Translations under genes and position numbers: made by a program
Part shown: positions 1 through 7,815 of the stretch, in pieces
How the letters are laid out: the number at the start of each line of letters is the position of its first letter
Numbering within the stretch: position 1 is the first letter of the stretch
The notes under the pieces: model-generated
Seen by the model: only the letters and a program-made list of their open reading frames with translations
Databases searched by the model: none
What the model was told of the DNA's origin: nothing
NCBI GenBank assembly: GCA_964393575.1
Contig: CAYMUG010000002.1
Coordinates: 341-64,340 of the forward strand
Reading direction: 5' to 3'
Length of the DNA stretch: 64,000 nucleotides
Source of the DNA: an uncultured Candidatus Saccharibacteria bacterium
GTDB lineage: Bacteria > Patescibacteriota > Minisyncoccia > Spechtbacterales > 2-12-FULL-38-22

Positions 1-31
1 AAACATATACTGCGACCGCAGTATATGTTTC
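1..31. repeat. perfect 14-bp inverted repeat (aaacatatactgcg / cgcagtatatgttt)
   Basis: Read directly. It shares the core tatatactgcg with the hairpin at 49520-49543. Confidence 0.5.
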
Positions 32-63
32 AACGACAGTTTTAGGAGATTCTTGATGTATAC

Positions 64-145
64 AATAAAAAAGGGCCTCCGCTGCAACTAATCTGCCGCC
101 TGCCTGCCGACAGGCAGGTAGTAGAAAAAGTTGCGGCGGAGGCCC
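64..145 (-). terminator. long GC-rich stem-loop with a nested inner hairpin and a T-tract on the minus strand, downstream of the 175..798 gene
   Basis: The outer arms gggcctccgctgcaact (73-89) and agttgcggcggaggccc (129-145) differ by one mismatch. The inner hairpin is cctgcctgccgacaggcagg. A-run 66-72 gives T-run on minus. Confidence 0.6.
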
Positions 146-174
146 GGGGCCTCAATCGGCAAAGAGTTAGAGGT

Positions 175-798
175 TCACTTCCGAGTCCGAGCGGACGCCA
201 CACCGATGAAGTCGTCGCGAAGGTCGTCCCATAGGTGGCGGACGAGGAGATTCCACCCATCGAAGAAGCCGACGTTGAAGCGGCAGCCGACCAAGTGCAC
301 GGACGATGTCCTCACGTATACGTTCGGAACGAGACGGATACCCCGAACCTTGGCGTAGGTGGTTAAGAACCACGTTGCTTCGGCCGCGTTTGGAACGCGC
401 TCGTTGCCGTTGAGGAGAGCCTGCTGTTCATCCCACGTCTTGTTGATGGAATTGGGAGCAGGATCCTTGTGGACGACGAGCCACGTTGCCCCGACCGTGT
501 CGGAGCGAGCGAACGTCTGGCGATTGTCCGTGAACCACGGATCGTTCTTACGGTAGAAGAAATCCGTCGAGAGTTCGTGGATGTCCAGAAAGTTCATCTC
601 GTTCGGCGGGCCGGGAAGAACGGCGAAGCCGTTGTCGCGCGCCCACCGGAGCACTTTTTCTTCAGGAAGTGTCCATGCAAGCTCTTCGAGCTGCGTTGCG
701 GTGTACGGGGCGTCATACGCTTCTGCGACCTCCAGTGGTCTAATGAAGTCGTTACCAAGGATGTCGAAAGCTGGCTGAAACGTTGGAATGGTAGCCAT
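175..798 (-). CDS. hypothetical protein (207 aa) encoded in a GC-rich island
   Basis: It is a long ORF with AAGGAG 7 nt upstream of the ATG. Its GC content (~58%) is far above that of the rest of the window. I recognise no domain. Confidence 0.5.
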   Translation of the reverse strand: MATIPTFQPAFDILGNDFIRPLEVAEAYDAPYTATQLEELAWTLPEEKVLRWARDNGFAVLPGPPNEMNFLDIHELSTDFFYRKNDPWFTDNRQTFARSDTVGATWLVVHKDPAPNSINKTWDEQQALLNGNERVPNAAEATWFLTTYAKVRGIRLVPNVYVRTSSVHLVGCRFNVGFFDGWNLLVRHLWDDLRDDFIGVASARTRK

Positions 799-962
799 CG
801 TATTTCTCCTTCCTTTTCTTTGCCGCGTTTAGTTCAGTGCTCGGGTGGTACCGCCTGAGCTTCGGTCTTGTCCTCGCATGAGGCGAGAGATATAGGAACT
901 ATGCTTAATTCTCATATCACCCGCCTCATTTTGAAGTTTAAAGGAACTTTATTGTTTTCTAA

Positions 963-991
963 ATTATATAATATTAAGTCAAGTGTGTCAA
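963..991 (-). promoter_or_regulatory. sigma70 consensus promoter TTGACA-17-TATAAT oriented toward the 175..798 gene
   Basis: On the minus strand: TTGACA(991-986)-17 nt-TATAAT(968-963). Confidence 0.55.
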
Positions 992-1046
992 GCTTTAGAA
1001 ATTACAAAGACAACGCAGATCCGCCCCTCGTTGTCCCAATATCATA

Positions 1047-1084
1047 CAAAAAACTCGGCTCAACCATAGGTTGAGCCGAGTTTT
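1047..1084. terminator. bidirectional rho-independent terminator hairpin (actcggctcaacc-atag-ggttgagccgagt) with A/T flanks
   Basis: Stem-loop between an A-run and tttt. A near-identical copy lies at 23464-23500. Confidence 0.6.
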
Positions 1085-1138
1085 GGTTGTCTTAATGCCC
1101 GATTTATCAGCCATCGTTCATATGTAATCAGTCATATA

Positions 1139-1342
1139 TTATTCCTCTGCTTTATAATGATCTTTCAGGAGCTGGTTAAGCTCTTCTACGTGTTCTTCTT
1201 TATCTTTTTCCATCTTGTCCCAAAATTCCTTACATTGCGCGCAGTCACCGGCATCTTCTTTATAATGGTGTTTTATGCGCCACAAGCTTTTGCTTTCCAT
1301 TGTAAGCTGCTTCATTAGGTTGTAGAGGTGGTTGTGTAACAT
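1139..1342 (-). CDS. small hypothetical protein (67 aa, charged and helical, with a CAQC motif)
   Basis: ORF. The conserved 5' leader motif (tttgtgaggcggagccga...ATG) lies immediately upstream, as for rpmA and mraY. Confidence 0.45.
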   Translation of the reverse strand: MLHNHLYNLMKQLTMESKSLWRIKHHYKEDAGDCAQCKEFWDKMEKDKEEHVEELNQLLKDHYKAEE

Positions 1343-1365
1343 GGTTAGGTCGGCTCCGCCTCACA
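1343..1365 (-). promoter_or_regulatory. conserved 5' leader motif copy (GTGAGGCGGAGCCGA-N-ATG)
   Basis: It matches the leaders upstream of rpmA, mraY, rplI, sodN and sodX. Confidence 0.5.
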
Positions 1366-1427
1366 AAATACTTCAAACACTATAACTATGACTATGACAC
1401 AGCGCTCGTTGCGCGAGCGCATTAATT

Positions 1428-1467
1428 ATCGCGCTTTGCCTGCCGGCAGGCAAAGCGCGATAATGTC
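1428..1467. repeat. perfect 40-bp palindrome attatcgcgctttgcctgcc|ggcaggcaaagcgcgataat
   Basis: Read directly. It belongs to the GCCTGCC...GGCAGGC palindromic element family (also 93-116 and 56055-56100). Confidence 0.7.
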
Positions 1468-1539
1468 ATGGTTATGGTCATTATAATGGTGCGAGCGAAG
1501 CGAGTTGTTAATTATAATCCAATCTTATTATAAAGTTGT

Positions 1540-2523
1540 TTACCTCAGGCGTGAACCTATAATTTGTGGATGGCCTTTTAAAAATTCTTCGGATTTTACA
1601 GGATTTTTGCCCTCAAGTTGCACTTCTTCGGGGACAAAAATACCTTCTCCTGCCTGCACAGCGAATGAATTTTTGTATTTTTTAACAATACCCCGGGAAG
1701 AAGATTTTTTTTGACTTTCAGGGAATTCCGCGCGGCCGTTTAATATTTTAAGTTTTCTATTATTCCAATCAGTATAAATTCCGGGCCAAGGGGTAAAAGC
1801 GCGTAATTTCCTTTCTATAGTTAAGGCGGAACCTGTCCAATCAATTTTTCCGTGGTCACGCAAAATAACACCTGAATACGTAGCGTTTTGATGGTCCTGG
1901 TCCTGAGGGTCTATATTGCCGGAAACCCATTCGGGTATAGTTTCTATGAGCAATTCACCGCCTACGTGCGCTAATACATCACGTAATTCCGGAGCGGTAA
2001 TGTTATCCATTGTTTTATTTTTGTATTTTTGATGGTCGGCATTTGGTAATTCCAAAAGTTGTTGTGCAACTAGCGGTCCGTGGTCTATTTTTTCATCCAT
2101 TAAAATGATACTCACCCCCGTAACTTCATCTCCGTGCAGAATTGTATATTGAATGGGGGAAGGACCACGCCAACGAGGCAAGAGAGAGGGATGAACATTT
2201 AATGTTCCGTGTTCCGGGGCATCTAAAATTTTTTTGGGTAAAATTTTGCCATAATCAGCTACTATAAATAGTGAGTTGTGAGTAGCGATTAGTGAGTGAA
2301 AATCATCATCAAATTTCTCAGGTTGAGTTACTTTTATGCCTTCTTTTTCTGCCGTCAGTTTTACAGGAGGAGAAGTTAACTCCTTTTTTCTGCCGGTAGG
2401 TTTATCGGGCGTGGTCACAACCAAGCCCGGCTTATAACCGTTTTCTATGAGATGTTTTAGAATGATATCGGCAAATTCGGCGGTGCCGAAGAAGATAATG
2501 TTTATTTTATTCGTTTCACTCAT
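1540..2523 (-). CDS. fmt: methionyl-tRNA formyltransferase
   Basis: The N-terminal formyltransferase fold is present (IIFFGT, HPSLLPRWRG), followed by the C-terminal domain. It sits downstream of def. The start is taken at MSETNKIN (2523) rather than at the track's upstream M. Confidence 0.9.
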   Translation of the reverse strand: MSETNKINIIFFGTAEFADIILKHLIENGYKPGLVVTTPDKPTGRKKELTSPPVKLTAEKEGIKVTQPEKFDDDFHSLIATHNSLFIVADYGKILPKKILDAPEHGTLNVHPSLLPRWRGPSPIQYTILHGDEVTGVSIILMDEKIDHGPLVAQQLLELPNADHQKYKNKTMDNITAPELRDVLAHVGGELLIETIPEWVSGNIDPQDQDHQNATYSGVILRDHGKIDWTGSALTIERKLRAFTPWPGIYTDWNNRKLKILNGRAEFPESQKKSSSRGIVKKYKNSFAVQAGEGIFVPEEVQLEGKNPVKSEEFLKGHPQIIGSRLR

Positions 2524-2649
2524 AAAATAGTTACAAGTAACCTGTAACTCGTAACCAGTACAGGAAAGCACCTTCGGTGCTTTGATTTTAGTTCGTTACT
2601 TATTACTTGTTACAGATTACGATTAGAGAAGGGCCGAGGACGGGGTGGT

Positions 2650-3153
2650 TTAGATCCGCTCTGTAAACAGCACTCCGTTTAGATGGTCGGTTTCATGCTG
2701 AAATATACGAGCAAGGAGTCCCGTTGCCTCTACGGTAAATTTGCGTCCATCTTCATTTTGCGCTCTCAGGGTTACTTTATATGATCGGGGAGTAGGGTGA
2801 TATTTGCCTTTAATACTTAAACAACCTTCCTCTACTACCTCTTTATCTTCGCTGTATTCAATAATTTCCGGATTTATATAAACAGAAGGTTGTAGTGGTT
2901 TGAGTAATGATGCAGGAATAAAAATTGTCCTAACTTTAGGCGCGTATTCTTCGGGTATAACAAATACGCTTTTACTTACATTTATTTGAGGTGCAGCTAA
3001 GCCAGCCCCGTCTTCAGCACGCAGGGTTTTTCTCATTTCTTTTATTAAATTTTGAAGGTCAGGACTGTTAAAATCCGTTATTTTTTCTGCGGTTTTATGG
3101 AGAATGGGGTTGGGGTCCTGAACTACCTCCCTGATTTTATTCGTTTCGTTCAT
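2650..3153 (-). CDS. def: peptide deformylase
   Basis: The motifs GAGLAAPQ, EGCLS and HETDH are present. Confidence 0.92.
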   Translation of the reverse strand: MNETNKIREVVQDPNPILHKTAEKITDFNSPDLQNLIKEMRKTLRAEDGAGLAAPQINVSKSVFVIPEEYAPKVRTIFIPASLLKPLQPSVYINPEIIEYSEDKEVVEEGCLSIKGKYHPTPRSYKVTLRAQNEDGRKFTVEATGLLARIFQHETDHLNGVLFTERI

Positions 3154-3205
3154 AAAATAATTTTGAATCGAAAATTAATGAGTCACGCTAAACGTAGCGA
3201 ATTTA

Positions 3206-5134
3206 TTATACCGCATCTTCGGGATCCACGTCTATATCCCAGTCAGAGGGAATTACACGCAGCATCCCGTTTCTTAGTTTTAGGTTTTTATCTTTTCCGG
3301 GCCATTTAATAAGCATATACCAGCTATGTTTACTAGCGACAGTCGGAGAGGGACCCAGTATTTGAATTTTGTTATGCCTCGCGGTAGTTGAATTTTGAGC
3401 TTTCAACTGTTCTATTTGGGTTTCTATTTTTTTCCGCAGAACCTTTGCTTCGTTTTCGGCCTTTTCTGGATTTTTATGGGTGTAACTTAATTTTATAAGC
3501 TGGGAGTAAGGAGGATAATTAAGAGCTTTTCTCTTTTTCAATTCTTCGGAAAAGAATTTTTCAAAATCCTTTTCTTTTGCGTGTTTAAATACATCCATAT
3601 CGGGGTGATACGTTTGTATAATACAATTTTTCTTTGCGATATATTTAAGATGCCACAGTATATTAAATACTTGTTCTTCAGCGTTGTACATAGGAAGGGT
3701 GAGTATTGCATCCTGCATTACCGACGCAGTGATATCAACATCCGGAAGAAGTGAAGGTTTTAAGGCAATATGTGTTCCTATAAGCACGTCCGCCTCATTC
3801 TTAAATGCCCGGAATGCATTATCACGATCTTTTTGAGTGGGTGCAGAATCGGAATCAAGGCGCACTGTTTTTAATTCCGGCATCAGCTTATTTATTTCTT
3901 CAGCAATTTTTTGTGTACCCCCTCCTAATTGTTTAATTCTATAACCTTTACATTTTTCACATACCTGCGGAGGAGTTGTTTTTTTACCACAATGATGGCA
4001 AATAAGCACATGTCCTTTGTGTAATACTAATGCTTTTTCACACTCTGAACATTCTTTGACAAACCCGCAATCTCTGCATACCAAGGCAGACGCCAACCCC
4101 CGTCTGTTTATAAAAAGCAGGGCTTTTTCTCCTGTGTTCATTGTTTTAAGTTGGTTTTGTAGATCTATACTTAGTAAGGAGGTGTTCTTTTCTTTAAGTT
4201 CATTACTCATATCTATGACGCGGGGAGAAACAGTACGGGGCATTTCTTTGTGTATCTCCCATCTTTCTTCATGCGCTTTTTTATATAGTTCCAGAGTAGG
4301 TAAAATATCACCGGTTATAAAATCAGCACCCCTTTTTTCGGCAATTACTCTGCTCACGTATCTTGCATCTATTTTAGGGTGTTGAGTATCCGATTTGTGG
4401 GAAGAATTATTATTTTCATCAAGTATAACAGCACTTAATTTTCTCATAGGAGAGAATATTACCGAGCGTGTACCTGCTAAGTTATTTATTTCTCCTTTGT
4501 ATGATCCTTCCCATAAATTGCGCCACCGGTTGCGCCCGGCATTTTTAGGCAGGGTTTCTACATCTTTTAAAATATTTTTTGCGTTTTTCAGGTTGTAATA
4601 CTCCGGAAAAATTAATAAATTTCCGTCGTCCCCTATATATTTTTTGTAAAGTTTGTTTTTGTGCGGCGATATGATTAGACGTTTTTTAGAAGAGGTTTTA
4701 TTTGTTGCAAACACCGGCTCCGGCAAATCTTCTAACATTTTTAGAAGCGGTTTTGTGGGGGTAGAAAAAAATGGAGGTAACATTCTCTGCATCATAAGTC
4801 CTACCGGTGTATAATAATAGTCCGCCAGATGAACTGCTAAATCCAAAAATTCTTTGCAGAAGATAGGTTTTTTAACTACTGCACGATTAATCTTTTTTAG
4901 TGTAAAACCCGCTTTTCTTATCTCTTGCTTTGCATTTTCCGCCTCCTGCTCTCTGTATATTATACCTTGTATATTTCTTTTACCCACCGGAGCTTCAATA
5001 ATCTGACCTGTATAAAATTTATTCACACTGAAATATGTAAGCATCTGCATGTGGGGGCGCGGTAATTTTGTTAAAGGTATGATTTTATATATATACATAC
5101 GAGCAACGGTATTTCTGTGTTTATATCTTATCAT
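3206..5134 (-). CDS. priA: primosomal protein N' (PriA) homolog with degenerate ATPase motifs
   Basis: The N-terminal 3'-DNA-binding region and the Cys-rich zinc-binding region (CRDCGF..CSECE..CHHCG..CEKCKG) are present and colinear with PriA. Walker A is replaced by SPHKNKL and DEEH by DENN. Confidence 0.8.
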   Translation of the reverse strand: MIRYKHRNTVARMYIYKIIPLTKLPRPHMQMLTYFSVNKFYTGQIIEAPVGKRNIQGIIYREQEAENAKQEIRKAGFTLKKINRAVVKKPIFCKEFLDLAVHLADYYYTPVGLMMQRMLPPFFSTPTKPLLKMLEDLPEPVFATNKTSSKKRLIISPHKNKLYKKYIGDDGNLLIFPEYYNLKNAKNILKDVETLPKNAGRNRWRNLWEGSYKGEINNLAGTRSVIFSPMRKLSAVILDENNNSSHKSDTQHPKIDARYVSRVIAEKRGADFITGDILPTLELYKKAHEERWEIHKEMPRTVSPRVIDMSNELKEKNTSLLSIDLQNQLKTMNTGEKALLFINRRGLASALVCRDCGFVKECSECEKALVLHKGHVLICHHCGKKTTPPQVCEKCKGYRIKQLGGGTQKIAEEINKLMPELKTVRLDSDSAPTQKDRDNAFRAFKNEADVLIGTHIALKPSLLPDVDITASVMQDAILTLPMYNAEEQVFNILWHLKYIAKKNCIIQTYHPDMDVFKHAKEKDFEKFFSEELKKRKALNYPPYSQLIKLSYTHKNPEKAENEAKVLRKKIETQIEQLKAQNSTTARHNKIQILGPSPTVASKHSWYMLIKWPGKDKNLKLRNGMLRVIPSDWDIDVDPEDAV

Positions 5135-5276
5135 ATTTCCACATTGTATTTTGTATACGACATCCTAATATGCTATAATATATTTAAGGAATTACAATTA
5201 ATGTTTACAAGCTCGCTTTACTTGTAGTTTCAACAAGACATTTGCTATTCGGTATAGCGGGCTTACAAATTAATCT

Positions 5277-5507
5277 ATGAGTGTAGTATTTTGGGTACTA
5301 GTAGTCATACTTGTTCTTGCCGCCGGAGCTTATTGGTGGTTCTTCATGCGAAAAGGAGGCGGTAATAAAGAACGTGTAGATTTTAAGGAAGAAGGTAAGT
5401 CTTCTTCACAGGAAGGAAGCCAAAAACAGGACATGGGAGGAGAGAAGAGCTCAACTGATCAAGGAGGTGATGACAACAAACAACAGCCTGGTCAGCCGGG
5501 TATGTAA
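5277..5507 (+). CDS. small membrane protein (one TM followed by a Gly/Gln/Ser-rich tail)
   Basis: ORF with a hydrophobic N-terminus, followed by a terminator. Confidence 0.4.
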   Translation: MSVVFWVLVVILVLAAGAYWWFFMRKGGGNKERVDFKEEGKSSSQEGSQKQDMGGEKSSTDQGGDDNKQQPGQPGM

Positions 5508-5520
5508 TCAGAAATCTTAC

Positions 5521-5552
5521 AAAAAACCCCCGAGTACATCGGGGGTTTTTTG
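5521..5552 (+). terminator. rho-independent terminator (cccccgagtacatcggggg + T-tract)
   Basis: Hairpin followed by a T-run. Confidence 0.7.
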
Positions 5553-5577
5553 TTGGCAAAAAACGTAAAATGGTATA

Positions 5578-6531
5578 ATGTTATATATTATGCCTGATAT
5601 AGCCCCACAAGTTATAGTTGTTGTACTAAACTGGAATAACGCTGAAGATACTTTGCAATGTTTAGAGTCCTTGAAGCAAGTTGAATACCAAAGTTTTAAA
5701 GTTATAGTTGTGGACAACGGTTCTAATGATGATTCTCCTAAGGAAATAAAAAGTTTTCTCTACCAAACAAATGCTTATACTTCAGAATTTATCCAGAACT
5801 CCGAAAATTTAGGGTATGGCGGGGGAAATAATGAAGGGATAAGGATTGCTTTGAGAAAAGGGGCGGAATATGTTTTGATTTTAAATAACGATGTATCAGT
5901 TTCCCCCAGGTTTATCAATAAATTAGTAGAAGTAGCTGAGGCCAGAAAAAAAGCAGGGGTTTTGGCACCCTCTATATATTATAAGCGGGAACCTGAAATT
6001 TTGTGGTACGGAGGCCAAGCGCATATCAATTGGAAGAAGGTAGATAAAGAAATGATTAATATGTCTCTTGAAGGTAAAGAGCTTCCGGAGAATGCGCAGG
6101 TCAGGAGGACTGAATTTGTAACCGGAGCTTGTATGTTTGTAAGGAGAGCGGTTTTTGAAGAAGTAGGATTGTTTAGGGATGATTATTTTTTGTATTTTGA
6201 AGATGCTGATTTTTCTGAACGGGTAAAAAGTTCGGGGTGGAATTTGGTGTGGGTGCCCCATGCTAAAGTATGGCACAAGGTTTCGGCGACCAGTAGGGCG
6301 AGTTTGGGTGCGCCGAATATGAACTATTATAATACAAGAAACTCTATGTTGTTTGTGCGGAGGCATGGACCGGCTTGGGCAGGGTGGTATATACATTTGT
6401 GGGCTTACTTAAAATATATTAAACAAATAACTAAGCTTGTATTTTCCAGAAAATATAACCCGGAAACATCCAGGGCTGTATTAAGAGCAATAAAGGATTA
6501 CTATGGAAACAACTTAGGCAAATATAGTTAA
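5578..6531 (+). CDS. family 2 glycosyltransferase
   Basis: GT-A fold motifs are present (VVVLNWNN, VDNGSNDDS, a DxD-like motif). Confidence 0.8.
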   Translation: MLYIMPDIAPQVIVVVLNWNNAEDTLQCLESLKQVEYQSFKVIVVDNGSNDDSPKEIKSFLYQTNAYTSEFIQNSENLGYGGGNNEGIRIALRKGAEYVLILNNDVSVSPRFINKLVEVAEARKKAGVLAPSIYYKREPEILWYGGQAHINWKKVDKEMINMSLEGKELPENAQVRRTEFVTGACMFVRRAVFEEVGLFRDDYFLYFEDADFSERVKSSGWNLVWVPHAKVWHKVSATSRASLGAPNMNYYNTRNSMLFVRRHGPAWAGWYIHLWAYLKYIKQITKLVFSRKYNPETSRAVLRAIKDYYGNNLGKYS

Positions 6532-6654
6532 GCTCACTCCGTTCCGACTTAACGTAGGAACTCCGTTCACACTATTACAATAACCATAACCATTACATTA
6601 TTGCGCGAAGCGCAATAATTCACAATTCTTGATTCATGATTCTTAATTCTTTTT

Positions 6655-7815
6655 ATGAGCGCAGCGAATAAAATAAAAGTAGCCATAGATTGCCATAAAT
6701 TAGAAGATAAAACCGGAGCCCATAGAGCCGGTATAGGCAGACATCTATACCGTTTTCTTGAAGAGGCATCAAAACAAAAAGAACTTGAAGGCAAATTCAA
6801 ATTTTATTTGTATTTTAAAAGCGGAGTACCAAAAGACATACCTTTTTTGCAGGAGAAAATATTTGTTAACAAAGTAGCAAAACTACCTTTCTTTTTTCCG
6901 TTTTTCCGCCCCTCTTTTAATGTATTTTTTCATATAGCTATACCTATTTTAGCGTTAAAAGACAGAATAGACGTTGCGTTTTTCGCTTCGTTTATGCACC
7001 CCGCATTTTATATAGGCAAAACCGCAGTTGTTTTGACAAACGATATCTACTATGAATCCTCGCAACGCAGTCAACCGCTAAAATACCGCATAGGTTATAA
7101 ACTTTTTGCCACGTGGGCAGCCAAACGAGCTACAACCATAACCACGCAAACATATGCATCACGCAAAGAAATATCCAGATGTTATAATGTGCCTGAAGAT
7201 AAAATTATAGTTGTGCCTTTGGGGGCGGATTTTACAGAATTTACGCCGGAGGATAACGAAAAAGACAACTATATTTTATATGTGGGTCAAGCGTTCCCAC
7301 GTCGACATCTTCGCGAAACTATAAATGCGTTCAGGATTATTGCACCTGAATTTCCTCAACTGAAATTTATTGCAGTAGGATTAGATAAGTATAATCCTCC
7401 CATCATCGATGATTTGGCAAAAAAAACCAACAAAGAACTGGGGGAGGAAAGGGTGATAAGGAAAGAATCTGTTTCCGACGAAGAATTAAAGGAATTATAT
7501 AGAAAGGCACAAACATTTGTATATATTTCTTCTTCGGAAGCAATGGGCTTACCTCCACTTGAAGCCCTCGCTTCCGGCACTGTTCCTGTCGTTGCTGATA
7601 CACCCACTACCAATGAAATATTTGAAGATAAAGCGTTTTTTGTAGAGAATACAGAAAGCCCCCCAGCAATAGCGGAAAAAATAAAGAGATCAATTACAGA
7701 TAATGATAGAAGAAATTATATTCTGCAGAACAAAGATAAGATTTTACAAAAGTACACATGGAAAAAACACACCGATAAAATGTTGGAATTATTTAAGCAT
7801 ACCGTTCAAAAATAA
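6655..7815 (+). CDS. GT1/GT4-type glycosyltransferase
   Basis: The C-terminal EAMGLPPLEALASGTVPVV motif is typical of GT-B retaining transferases. Confidence 0.8.
   Translation: MSAANKIKVAIDCHKLEDKTGAHRAGIGRHLYRFLEEASKQKELEGKFKFYLYFKSGVPKDIPFLQEKIFVNKVAKLPFFFPFFRPSFNVFFHIAIPILALKDRIDVAFFASFMHPAFYIGKTAVVLTNDIYYESSQRSQPLKYRIGYKLFATWAAKRATTITTQTYASRKEISRCYNVPEDKIIVVPLGADFTEFTPEDNEKDNYILYVGQAFPRRHLRETINAFRIIAPEFPQLKFIAVGLDKYNPPIIDDLAKKTNKELGEERVIRKESVSDEELKELYRKAQTFVYISSSEAMGLPPLEALASGTVPVVADTPTTNEIFEDKAFFVENTESPPAIAEKIKRSITDNDRRNYILQNKDKILQKYTWKKHTDKMLELFKHTVQK

Noticed and set aside
42-858. Track ORFs 42..260(-), 131..358(+), 167..373(-), 359..556(+), 469..858(+) and 581..778(+) in the first kilobase
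   Set aside because: These are overlapping frames of the GC-rich 175..798 gene region, and high GC inflates spurious ORFs. Only 175..798 has an SD-ATG and a terminator.
3052-3309. Track ORF 3052..3309(+) spanning the def-priA junction
   Set aside because: It overlaps two well-supported minus-strand genes. The region instead contains a partial copy of the leader motif.
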